16,335 nucleotides of DNA from Pedosphaera sp. (GCA_031414955.1 JANOQV010000015.1:1-16335); one strand, 5' to 3'; positions 1 to 8,055 are shown, counted from the first letter of the stretch. Made by a program: numbers and translations. The notes: generated by a model from the sequence alone, not told the origin.

Positions 1-798
1 GGCCGCTGGTCCGTGCGCCAGTTGCAGCGCCAGATCGGTTCCCTCCTCTTCGAGCGCACCGGCCTTTCCCGCGACAAGGCCGCCGTCCTGCGCCGCGCCC
101 AGCAGATGGACCGCCCGCCCGACATCGCCGACCTCCTGCGCGATCCCTACGTGCTTGAATTCACCGGTCTCGCCGAACGCGCGGCCTATTCCGAAAACGA
201 TCTCGAAACCGCGCTCCTCGACCACCTCCAGAATTTCCTGCTCGAACTCGGCGCCGGCTTCTGCTTCGAGGCCCGGCAGAAACGCCTCACCGTCGGCAAC
301 CGCCACGAGCACATTGACCTCGTCTTCTACCACCGCCTGCTCCGCTGCCATGTCCTGCTCGATTTGAAAATCCGCGCCTTCGAGCACGGCGACGCCGGCC
401 AGATGAACTTCTATCTCAACTGGTGGAAGACCCACGCCGTCGCGCCCGGCGACCAGCCGCCCGTGGGCATCGTGCTCTGCTCAGAACAGGACCAGGCCAC
501 CGTCGAGTTCGCTACCGGCGGACTGGACCAGAAACTTTTCATCTCCCGCTACCTCGTCGCCCTGCCGTCCGCCCGGCAGCTTACCCGCTTCCTCGAAAAA
601 GACCGCGACCGCCTCGAAGCCCTCTGGTTCCGCGCGCGAAAAAAGCCCGCCGCCCGACCACGAAAACGCCACCGCTTGCGCCCCGCCACTCTGAACAAAG
701 TCCGCGCGCCGCACCGCAAGACCGGCACCGCGAAGAAGGTCACGACCAGCCGGAAGATCGCCAAGCGCGGGAGCAGCGTGAGGTTGAAGAAGTCCTGA
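1..798 (+). CDS. YhcG/DUF1016 family PD-(D/E)XK nuclease-domain protein, 5'-partial, with Lys/Arg-rich C-terminal tail
   Basis: Frame 1 is open from base 1 (GRWSVRQLQRQIGSLLFERT). DUF1016 motifs RDPYVLEF, YSENDLETALLDHLQNFLLELGAGFCFEARQKRL, HIDLVFYHRLLRCHVLLDLK, GQMNFYLNW, PPVGIVLC. Stop TGA 796-798. Confidence 0.92.
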   Translation, partial: GRWSVRQLQRQIGSLLFERTGLSRDKAAVLRRAQQMDRPPDIADLLRDPYVLEFTGLAERAAYSENDLETALLDHLQNFLLELGAGFCFEARQKRLTVGNRHEHIDLVFYHRLLRCHVLLDLKIRAFEHGDAGQMNFYLNWWKTHAVAPGDQPPVGIVLCSEQDQATVEFATGGLDQKLFISRYLVALPSARQLTRFLEKDRDRLEALWFRARKKPAARPRKRHRLRPATLNKVRAPHRKTGTAKKVTTSRKIAKRGSSVRLKKS

Positions 799-822
799 AG
801 ATTGAGACCGCACAGGTGGAAA

Positions 823-839
823 GCCTCGCGCTGCGAGGC
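823..839 (-). terminator. Possible weak intrinsic terminator between converging yhcG-like and hicB genes
   Basis: GCCTCGC-3 nt-GCGAGGC hairpin, followed on the minus strand by only TTT. Confidence 0.25.
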
Positions 840-902
840 GAGTCCCGATCCCCGCGCAAACAGGCAGGGTTCCGGGGTGAAGTATCGAACAGGATCCCGC
901 CG

Positions 903-1139
903 CTACGCTGGAATCGCCTCGCGCATTGGTCGTGTGGTGGGAGGCGGAAGTTCCTTGCCGTTCGCGCGCAACTCCGCGACCTCATCAGCCACGAGCGTGC
1001 AAATCTGGCGGTAAGCCTCCTCCTCGCTGGCTCCATGACACACGCCGCCCCAAGGAAAAAGATCGGGACAATAGCCGACGTAAAGACCGTCTGCCTCCTC
1101 CCACCGGACAAATTTCAAATACTGGTCTTGTGCTTTCAT
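903..1139 (-). CDS. hicB: HicB-family antitoxin (short, 78 aa, no obvious C-terminal DNA-binding domain)
   Basis: YLKFVRWEEADGLYVGYCPDL...CHGASEEEAYRQICTLVADEV...GKELPPP matches the HicB partial RNase H pattern. Its ATG overlaps the TGA of an upstream HicA-like fragment (ATGA). Confidence 0.85.
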   Translation of the reverse strand: MKAQDQYLKFVRWEEADGLYVGYCPDLFPWGGVCHGASEEEAYRQICTLVADEVAELRANGKELPPPTTRPMREAIPA

Positions 1140-1225
1140 GGTTTGGCTTTCTGGATGGCCTGCCGCACTTGTTTCTCCTGATAGTGATGCGCGTCACCGC
1201 CACTCACCGAGCACGGAGCCATCAT
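1136..1225 (-). pseudogene. hicA: C-terminal remnant of a HicA-family toxin
   Basis: Manual translation MMAPCSVSGGDAHHYQEKQVRQAIQKAKP*. 'GDAHHYQEKQVRQAI' resembles HicA C-terminal helices (G.DAK.YQEKQV..AI). The N-terminal GSH catalytic motif is missing. Stop overlaps the hicB start. Confidence 0.7.
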
Positions 1226-1237
1226 GGTGGCCAACCG

Positions 1238-1642
1238 TCACTTGAGCCAGTTGATTTTGATTTCCTTCTCCAACGCCTTGAACTCCGGGTCGCCGGTGAC
1301 GAGTTCGGCTTTCTTCTCCTTCGCCAGTGCGGCGGCGAAGGCGTCGGCGAGGCTGAGTTTGAAACGGGCTTTGAAGTCGGCGGCGGTATCGGCCATGCGG
1401 CGGTCGGCGATGTGGAATTCGATGGGGAGCGTCTCCAGAATGCGTGCCGCCTCGGCCCAGGCGTCGTCACCCTCCTTTTTGCGGATCGTGTAATTGGCCT
1501 CAGCATAGTTCACCTCGGTCATGTGCAGGGGGCGATCCGCCGTGACGGCCTTGTGAAAGAGTTCTTTGACGCGTTCCCCGCCCGGTTCCTGCCGGAAGTA
1601 GGCGAGCAGCGCGTGGCTATCGAGAACCAGTGCTGCGGGCAT
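1238..1642 (-). CDS. vapC: VapC PIN-domain ribonuclease toxin (134 aa)
   Basis: Start ATG at 1642 (MPAALVLDSHALLAY). PIN acidic residues in VLDS, NYAE, SLADA and LVTGDPEF. Overlaps the 3' end of the upstream AbrB gene. Confidence 0.92.
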   Translation of the reverse strand: MPAALVLDSHALLAYFRQEPGGERVKELFHKAVTADRPLHMTEVNYAEANYTIRKKEGDDAWAEAARILETLPIEFHIADRRMADTAADFKARFKLSLADAFAAALAKEKKAELVTGDPEFKALEKEIKINWLK

Positions 1643-1916
1643 ACTTGGCTTCCTCCAGTTCGATTTCCTCGCGCTTGTGCTCGGCCCGTTCCTCGGCAAA
1701 GGACTTTTCGCCCGGCTTGCGCTCGCGCTTGAGCAGGCCGTGGCCGCGGTCGATGGCCCAGCGGGTCACGGGCTTGAGGAGAATGCCCTCCGGCGTAGCC
1801 TCAATCACTGCCTTGGTGCCGTCCTCGATGTGGAACTGCTTGCGCAGCCAGCTCGGGATGACGACCTGGCCCTTGGTGGTGAACCAAACGGAATCAGACT
1901 TTGTTGTTGTGCTCAC
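1617..1916 (-). CDS. AbrB/MazE/SpoVT-family antitoxin (VapB-type)
   Basis: GTG start. Swapped-hairpin motif FTTKGQVVIPSWLRKQFHIEDGTKAVIEATPEGILLKP with an acidic C-terminus. Overlaps vapC by 26 nt. Confidence 0.92.
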   Translation of the reverse strand: MSTTTKSDSVWFTTKGQVVIPSWLRKQFHIEDGTKAVIEATPEGILLKPVTRWAIDRGHGLLKRERKPGEKSFAEERAEHKREEIELEEAKYARSTGSR

Positions 1917-1923
1917 GGGTGAA

Positions 1924-1982
1924 AGATTGATTTACGAGTTAAAGTCCGTCAACAGGTAAAAAGTCAGAAAGTTTTACCTGTT
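1924..1982 (-). promoter_or_regulatory. Sigma70-type promoter of the TA operon with an overlapping inverted-repeat operator
   Basis: Minus strand TTGACG (1952-1947), 17 nt, CAATCT (1929-1924), 7 nt before the GTG. Perfect 11-bp inverted repeat AACAGGTAAAA (1951-1961) / TTTTACCTGTT (1972-1982) in a locally AT-rich tract. Confidence 0.6.
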
Positions 1983-2172
1983 TCTGATATTGCTGCGCAA
2001 ATGCAGCGGCAGGGCCAGATGATCACTTTCTTTTCAAAACGGCCCCCTGGGCAGACGCCAGTCGCGGCGCGCGGGCGGGGTTTCTTTCGGCGGCAGCGGG
2101 GAGTTCGGCCATTCTTGCGCGTGCTGGGCACGATCGGCGTCGGTGTGTCCGGCGCCCAAGCCGTCGTTCCCT

Positions 2173-3072
2173 TCAACCAGCTCCGGGTGCTTGCTTGTTT
2201 CCTGTCGCGGCCAGGTAAATTCCCGCGAGGATGAGGGCGGCGGCGGCGGCGTTGCCCCAGGTCAGCGCTTCGTCAAAAAGCCACCAGGCGATCAGCGAAC
2301 TGAGCACGGGTTCGCCCAGCAGGCACACGGCGATGAAGCCGGCGCTGAAGTATTTCATCGCCCAGTTGTAGCTGCTGTGGCCGAGGTGCTGGCTGACCAG
2401 CGCCATGCCGAGGAGCGCTCCCCAGGTCTGGGCGTTGAAGTCGGTCGCGGGCTGTCCCGCCGCGAGAACGGCGACCCAGAGTAGCGCGGTCGCGCTGCTG
2501 TAGCACACCGTCAGGTAAGCGGGCAGAGAGAGCTTCGCGCGCAGGTTCCGGCCACACAGCATGTAGAAGGCGAGGGCCAGACTTCCGGCCAGCGCCAGTC
2601 CGTCGCCGAGCAAGGCGCGCGGGTCGCTTGCGAAGTCGCCGCAGCCGATCACGATCCCGCCGGCCACGCTGACAGCGATGCCCAGCCACGCGCGGCGTGA
2701 AACACGATCCCGCGTCAGCCACGGCGTCAGGAGGGCCACCCATAACGGGGTGGCGTTCACCAGCACTGTGCTGTTGGCCACGGAGGTGAAGTTGAGCGAG
2801 GAAATCCAGGTGGCGAAATGCAGCGCGAGAAAGAAACCAGCGAGCGCGCCGAGGCCGATCTCGCGCCGGGAAAGTTGGCGCAACTCGGCCCGCGCCTGCC
2901 AGAGGGCGTAGGGCCAAAGGAGCGCCGTGGCGAAAGTCAGCCGCCAGGCCGCCGTGACCAGCGACGGTGCCTCCGCCAGGCGGACGAAGATGGCTCCGCT
3001 CGAAACCGACAGCACGCCCACGAGGAGGATAAGGGCGGGATTGAAGCGTGGGCGGATGGGCGACGATTGCAT
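2173..3072 (-). CDS. EamA/DMT-family transporter
   Basis: 299 aa, about 10 hydrophobic segments in two repeats. Motifs SSGAIFVRLA, AAWRL, ALHFATWISSLNFTSVANS, GHSSYNWAMKY, LGEPV. Confidence 0.93.
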   Translation of the reverse strand: MQSSPIRPRFNPALILLVGVLSVSSGAIFVRLAEAPSLVTAAWRLTFATALLWPYALWQARAELRQLSRREIGLGALAGFFLALHFATWISSLNFTSVANSTVLVNATPLWVALLTPWLTRDRVSRRAWLGIAVSVAGGIVIGCGDFASDPRALLGDGLALAGSLALAFYMLCGRNLRAKLSLPAYLTVCYSSATALLWVAVLAAGQPATDFNAQTWGALLGMALVSQHLGHSSYNWAMKYFSAGFIAVCLLGEPVLSSLIAWWLFDEALTWGNAAAAALILAGIYLAATGNKQAPGAG

Positions 3073-3314
3073 GTCAGGGCGGAGTTTTGTGCGAAGGCGT
3101 GCCGGGCGTCACGAGGAGAATGGAGAACAAGGAGCGCCACGCCTGCTCGCAAACTTGCCGTGGCCCGCGAATAATTTGCCGCGTGAGCCGGCCGGCCGCA
3201 GGAACGCGCCCGCTCCAAACTGAAAATGATGGCGCGGCGCATGGGCTGTTTTGCCAGCAAGAGGCGCGCGCGCCTGAGGCGGGCTTGACCCGGCTGGCCC
3301 CGACACCCATCGCA

Positions 3315-3569
3315 TCACCGCCCTTCTTTCCGCTTCCGTTCCGCCTCCAGTTCCTTCTCGCTCGGCGGCACGACATAGTTTCCGGCGGCGGTGGTCACGA
3401 GCAACTTTTTGTCCTTGAGACCGGACAGGAAAGGGTAGGCCCAACGCTCGTTCTCCTTCCACCGGTCCTTGGTGGAGGACTTGCGGCAAATCTCGCGCGG
3501 CGACGCGCCGTTCTCGCCGCATTGCTGTACGAATCTCATGATGTTCTGCTCGTCATCGTTCAACCACAT
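3315..3569 (-). CDS. Small hypothetical protein, probable winged-helix fold (84 aa)
   Basis: MWLNDDEQNIMRFVQQCGENGASPREICRKSSTKDRWKENERWAYPFLSGLKDKKLLVTTAAGNYVVPP...; fills the gap between EamA and the M3 peptidase. Preceded by TTGAGC-17-CACTGT. In the ORF track it is only the tail of the 3315..5234 ORF. Confidence 0.75.
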   Translation of the reverse strand: MWLNDDEQNIMRFVQQCGENGASPREICRKSSTKDRWKENERWAYPFLSGLKDKKLLVTTAAGNYVVPPSEKELEAERKRKEGR

Positions 3570-3644
3570 GCGCGCACAGTGGGGCTGCGCGCGGTCTGGC
3601 TCAAATCTTTTGTCTTTTGCCGGATTCGCCCCATGCTTGCCGCC

Positions 3645-5375
3645 ATGAATTTGCTGCCGTTTGGAAATCTGCCCGTACACACGCCGCGCCAGTTGGTGCC
3701 GGTTGAAATTAATCTTGGGGATTGGAATCGGATTGCACCCTTGTTTGACGCTGTGGAAGCGAAGCTCACCGGAGCGAAGATCGTGGCGGAACTGGAGCTG
3801 GCGCTGCTCGACTGGAGCGAACTTTCCGCCGCCCTCGATGAGGAAGCGGCCAAGCGTTACATCGCGATGAGTTGTCATACGGACAGTGCCGAGGCCGAGC
3901 AGGCTTATCTGCACTTCGTCGAGCACGTCGAACCCCAGACCAAGCCGCGCCAATTCAAGCTGGAGCAGATGTACCTGGCGCAGCCGCTGCGGGCGCAGTT
4001 GCCGAAGGCACGCTATGAAGTCTTCGATCGCGACACGCAGCAGCACGTCGAGCTGTTCCGGCTGGAAAATGTGGCCCTCGAAACCGAGGAGGCCAAGCTC
4101 GGCCAGCAGTTCCAGAAACTGTCCGGCTCGCTCACGGTGAAGTTTCGTGGCGAAGAGAAGACGCTCGTCCAGATGGGCCGTTACCTCGAGGAACCGGATC
4201 GCGCGCTGCGGCAGGAGGCGTGGGAATTGGTGTCGCGCCGGCGCGGCGAGGAGCGCGAGAAGTTCGAAGAACTCTTCGACGGACTGGTGAAACTGCGCGG
4301 TGAGATCGCGAAGAATGCCGGCTTCGCCAACTACCGCGACTACGCCTTCAAGGCGCGCGGCCGGTTTGATTACTCGCCGGACGATTGCTTGGCCTTCCAT
4401 GAGGCCATCGAGACGGAGCTGATGCCGTTGCTGCGCGAGTTGCAGTCTGCGCGACGCGAGCAGTTGAAGCTGCCCGCGCTGCGCCCGTGGGATCTGGCGG
4501 TCGATCCGTTGAATCGCGCGCCGTTGCGGCCCTTCGAGAAAGTGGACGACATGGTGGCGCGCACGCAGAAGATTTTCGACCGCATCGATCCGGGATTGGC
4601 CGGTGGTTTCCGCGACATGCAGGAGAAGAAGCTGCTCGACCTCGACAATCGCAAGGGCAAGGCGCCCGGCGGCTATCAATCCACGCTCTCCGAGTCGCGC
4701 CTGCCGTTCATCTTCATGAACGCCGTGGGTTTGCAGCGTGACGTGGAAACAATTCTGCACGAGGCTGGCCATGCCTTTCACGCGCTGGCCACGCGCGAGG
4801 AACCGCTCTACGCCTATCGTGGATCGCCGATTGAGTTTTGCGAGGTCGCGTCCATGAGCATGGAACTGCTCGGCAATGAATTCCTCGAGGAGTTTTATGC
4901 CGCCGGGGACGCGGATCGCGCCCGACGCACGCATCTTGAAGGCATCGTCGGCATCTTCCCGTGGATTGCGACGGTCGATGCGTTTCAGCACTGGATTTAC
5001 ACGCACCCGAATCACACCCGCGCCGAGCGGAGCGCGGCGTGGCTGGCGTTGATGGATCGTTTCGGCGGCGACGTGGACTGGAGCGGCCACGAGCAGGCGC
5101 GCGCCAACCTTTGGCACAAGCAACTGCACATCTTTCTCTACCCGTTCTACTACGTGGAATACGGGATCGCGCAGCTCGGCGCTCTGCAAGTCTGGGCCAA
5201 CTCGAAACGAAACAAAGCCGAGGCGCTGGCGCAATATCAGCGCGGTCTGGCCTTGGGCAATTCACGTCCGCTGCCCGAACTGTTCGCCGCCGCCGGCTGC
5301 AAGTTTTCCTTCCATCGCGAGACGGTCCAGCCTCTGGTGCAACTGCTGAAGGACGAGCTGGCGAAGTTGAACTGA
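3645..5375 (+). CDS. M3-family oligoendopeptidase (PepF/M3B-like), 576 aa
   Basis: Zn motif TILHEAGHAFH, downstream EVASMSMEL, GKAPGGY, HIFLYPFYYVEYGIAQLGALQVW. Start placed at ATG 3645 because the upstream part of the 3048 ORF overlaps other genes. Confidence 0.93.
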   Translation: MNLLPFGNLPVHTPRQLVPVEINLGDWNRIAPLFDAVEAKLTGAKIVAELELALLDWSELSAALDEEAAKRYIAMSCHTDSAEAEQAYLHFVEHVEPQTKPRQFKLEQMYLAQPLRAQLPKARYEVFDRDTQQHVELFRLENVALETEEAKLGQQFQKLSGSLTVKFRGEEKTLVQMGRYLEEPDRALRQEAWELVSRRRGEEREKFEELFDGLVKLRGEIAKNAGFANYRDYAFKARGRFDYSPDDCLAFHEAIETELMPLLRELQSARREQLKLPALRPWDLAVDPLNRAPLRPFEKVDDMVARTQKIFDRIDPGLAGGFRDMQEKKLLDLDNRKGKAPGGYQSTLSESRLPFIFMNAVGLQRDVETILHEAGHAFHALATREEPLYAYRGSPIEFCEVASMSMELLGNEFLEEFYAAGDADRARRTHLEGIVGIFPWIATVDAFQHWIYTHPNHTRAERSAAWLALMDRFGGDVDWSGHEQARANLWHKQLHIFLYPFYYVEYGIAQLGALQVWANSKRNKAEALAQYQRGLALGNSRPLPELFAAAGCKFSFHRETVQPLVQLLKDELAKLN

Positions 5376-5428
5376 AGTCCGGGGAACGGAGGGGTTGAAG
5401 TGGTTCGACCGGGCGGGCGACCGCCAGT

Positions 5429-7795
5429 TCACGGTGCGGCCAACCGGTAGAAGCGCGGCGCGACCTCGGGGACCAGCAGTTCGTACTCCTCGCCGCGCAG
5501 GTTGGGCAGGCCAGGGTGCGGAAGCCAGTTCGTGTTCCCCAGCGCAGGGTTGAATTGCACGCGGAAGCCCGGCACTGCCGCCGGCCAGCGCAGCCGATGG
5601 GTCGTGTTACTGAGCGTGATCGACAGGCGCGGGGCCAGCGTGGCGGCGAGAGCCAGGTCGAAGCCGAGATCGCTGCTGTTCGCCGCCGCCTGGTGAACCT
5701 CGACCGCGAGCACGTTCAGCCCGTTGGTCAAAGCCGGCGTCCCGAGGCTCGTCTGCAGCCAGTTCGTTTCATCCGCGCCGCTGATGGTGGTGAGCGCGAG
5801 ATTCGTGAACGTGAGCGGACCGGCGGGGAGATTGGTGCGAAGGATTTCCACTCCGTTCAGGTAAACCACCGCGCCATCGTCGCGTTGCAGACTCAGGTGC
5901 AAGGGGCCGAACCAGGCGGCGTCCTCGATCTGAAAAGCGTGGCGAAAGTAGCAGGTGACGGGTTTGGCGGCGGGGTTGGTGCCGGATTGAAGGGTCGTCC
6001 ATTCGCCGTCGAGGCCATAGCCGAGCCGGCCTCGACCCGAGGGCCAGCCGCTGTCGTCAAAGGTGCGGGCCGTCCAGGCGGCGGGCGGATTCGTGCCTGC
6101 ATCCAGATAGCGCCAACTTGCGTGCGCCGGGATGAGCGAACCGCGCGCCGATTCTGTCTGGGCCAGCAATTGCAGCTCAAAGCTGAGGTCGCTGCTCGCC
6201 CCCGCGCTTTGGTGGATTTCCACCGCCACGACATTCGTGCCGTTGCGCAATCGCGCGGGATCCAGGGCGGCGGTCGCAAACAGCGTGCCCTCCTCCGCGC
6301 CGCCGATCGCGGCCAGGGCCAGGGTGGCGGCGTGGATCGCGCCGGTGGGCAGGTTGCTGCGGAATACTTCGGCACCGTTCAGATACACCACCGCGCCATC
6401 ATCGCGCAGCAAACGCAGCGTCAACGAATGAATCGACGCCGTGCTCGCCACCGTGAACGCGCGCCGGAACCAGGTGGTGATGAACTTGTTCGTCATGACG
6501 GAGCCGTAGCCCACGAGCGTGGCTTCATCGCCATCGCCATAACCGAACGGGGCCAGGCCCGACATCCACGCGCCGTCGTTGAAGGTGTTTGATTTCCAGG
6601 CCGCCGCAGGGCTCAGGCCCGTGTCGAGGAAGCGCCAGGTGGCCCTCGTGTCCACCAGCGCGAGCGGATTGATCGGCGGTGGCGAGGCCAGGCCGCCCAA
6701 CGAACGATCGCCTGCGCGCCAGGCCACGATGGCGTCGGTCAGTTGCGGGTTGTCGAGGTCTTCATGGCCGATTTCCCAAAAGCCCAGGCCGCGCGCGATG
6801 GCACCGCCGGCGAGGACGGTCTCCCGTTCGTCGAGCAGGACGTTCAGCTTCTGCTTCAGATTGTCCGGCGTGGTCCACCAGGCGCCGTCGATCAAGACCT
6901 CGCGGTAATCCGGATCGGTGGCGTTGAGAAAGCCGAGGCGGTTGGTGGCCCACAGCCCCGCGCCGCTAAACCAGGAGCGGTTGTCCGAGGAATAGAACGG
7001 CAGGCCCACGAGGATTTTCTCCGCCGGATAACCGTGCGCGATCATGTAGTCGATGGCGCCCTTGCCTGCGGCCTCAATGCTGCCGCCGCTTAAGCCGAGG
7101 AATTGCACGCTCCCTGGTTTGCGGATGGGACCATTGGCCGGGTTCTTCCAGTCATAGACAATGGCGAAACAGAAATCACTCCAGGGTGCGACCGCCGGCC
7201 AGTCCGTGCCCGCCAGCCAATAGCCCGGACCTTGCACGAACATGACGATGTATTCCGGGCTACGCGCCTTGACCGCCGTATGCACGGCCTGGAGGAAGGC
7301 GGTGAAGTTCGTCCGATCCGCCGCCGTGTCCGGCCACTCCCAATCGAAGTCCACGCCATCGTAGCCGTAGGTCTCGAGCGCGCTGGCGATGTTGGTCGCG
7401 GCGATTCCGCGCAACGCGGCGCTGGCGGCGACGGCCGGGAAATCGCCGTTCATGCTCATCAACACCGAGCGACCGTGCGCATGCGCCTGCGGTAAGAGCA
7501 GCGGCCGGTAAATCTCTGTGCTGCCGTAGTTGTGATCGAGCGAGCCGTCGGAGTTCAGCCAGGTGAAAGCGAGCAGGATGAGATCCACGGCTTCGTAGTT
7601 CAGCGAGGCAATTTTGTTCGAAGTAGTGCCGGTGCCCTGGCGCAGGGCGTTCAAGTAGCCCGCGCTCACCTGGCGGGCCGGCACCGTGCTCAAGCCCCGG
7701 ACCGGGGCGGCGGCCGGCAGGACCGTGGCCGTCACCAGCAGGAGCATTTTCGCTGCGAGCAGACGCAGCCAGAGTGGGGCGAGGGCGTGGTTCAT
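5429..7795 (-). CDS. Secreted glycoside hydrolase family 18 (chitinase-like) with two tandem beta-sandwich modules and a C-terminal 'RFYRL' domain
   Basis: Signal-like N-terminus from ATG 7795. Intact DGVDFDWE (DxxDxDxE) motif, YDW, VGLPFYS, GLGFWEIG. Two internal repeats WR(F/Y)LD.G...RDDGAVVYLNG.E..R.NLP.G...NV.AVE.HQ...SSDL.F.L. Confidence 0.9.
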   Translation of the reverse strand: MNHALAPLWLRLLAAKMLLLVTATVLPAAAPVRGLSTVPARQVSAGYLNALRQGTGTTSNKIASLNYEAVDLILLAFTWLNSDGSLDHNYGSTEIYRPLLLPQAHAHGRSVLMSMNGDFPAVAASAALRGIAATNIASALETYGYDGVDFDWEWPDTAADRTNFTAFLQAVHTAVKARSPEYIVMFVQGPGYWLAGTDWPAVAPWSDFCFAIVYDWKNPANGPIRKPGSVQFLGLSGGSIEAAGKGAIDYMIAHGYPAEKILVGLPFYSSDNRSWFSGAGLWATNRLGFLNATDPDYREVLIDGAWWTTPDNLKQKLNVLLDERETVLAGGAIARGLGFWEIGHEDLDNPQLTDAIVAWRAGDRSLGGLASPPPINPLALVDTRATWRFLDTGLSPAAAWKSNTFNDGAWMSGLAPFGYGDGDEATLVGYGSVMTNKFITTWFRRAFTVASTASIHSLTLRLLRDDGAVVYLNGAEVFRSNLPTGAIHAATLALAAIGGAEEGTLFATAALDPARLRNGTNVVAVEIHQSAGASSDLSFELQLLAQTESARGSLIPAHASWRYLDAGTNPPAAWTARTFDDSGWPSGRGRLGYGLDGEWTTLQSGTNPAAKPVTCYFRHAFQIEDAAWFGPLHLSLQRDDGAVVYLNGVEILRTNLPAGPLTFTNLALTTISGADETNWLQTSLGTPALTNGLNVLAVEVHQAAANSSDLGFDLALAATLAPRLSITLSNTTHRLRWPAAVPGFRVQFNPALGNTNWLPHPGLPNLRGEEYELLVPEVAPRFYRLAAP
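5645..6658 (-). repeat. Intragenic tandem duplication of a ~165-aa domain (about 6658-6161 and 6136-5645)
   Basis: Shared protein motifs GYG.DG, T.(W/Y)FR..F, RDDGAVVYLNG, NV.AVE.HQ, SSDL.F.L. Boundaries are approximate. Confidence 0.85.
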
Positions 7796-8055
7796 AGTTC
7801 GCCGAGAAAATGCCCGCCGCCGCCCGGAATGCAACTGCCGAGGCGGAGGTGGGCCAGGCGGGATGCGTCGCCACCCGTCCGCTGGTTTGCAATTTACGAC
7901 CCGCGCGCCGCGCCATTATGCTCGCCCCCTGACCACCACGACGCTTATGCCACCACCCGCGAAGGATCGTTCGCGGCCAGCGGCCGCGCGCGCAGGACGG
8001 TCAGGCGGAAATCCTCGCCCGACGACGCGACCGCGACCGAGGCACGGAGCTATTT

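Noticed and set aside
1964..2234. Small ORFs between the TA promoter and EamA
   Set aside because: No RBS or motif, and Arg/Pro-rich composition typical of non-coding frames.
3131..3221. Possible third REP doublet (GGAGCG...CGCTCCAAACT; last 11 nt identical to 14101-14111)
   Set aside because: The inner arms do not match the consensus or each other well. At best a highly decayed copy.
3048..3644. 199-aa N-terminal extension of the M3 peptidase ORF
   Set aside because: Overlaps EamA and the small minus-strand gene and is not protein-like. A promoter-like motif sits right before ATG 3645.
3570..5234. Upstream 555 codons of the 639-aa minus-strand ORF 3315..5234
   Set aside because: Antisense shadow of the M3 peptidase, common in high-GC DNA. 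Only the last 84 codons look like a real protein.
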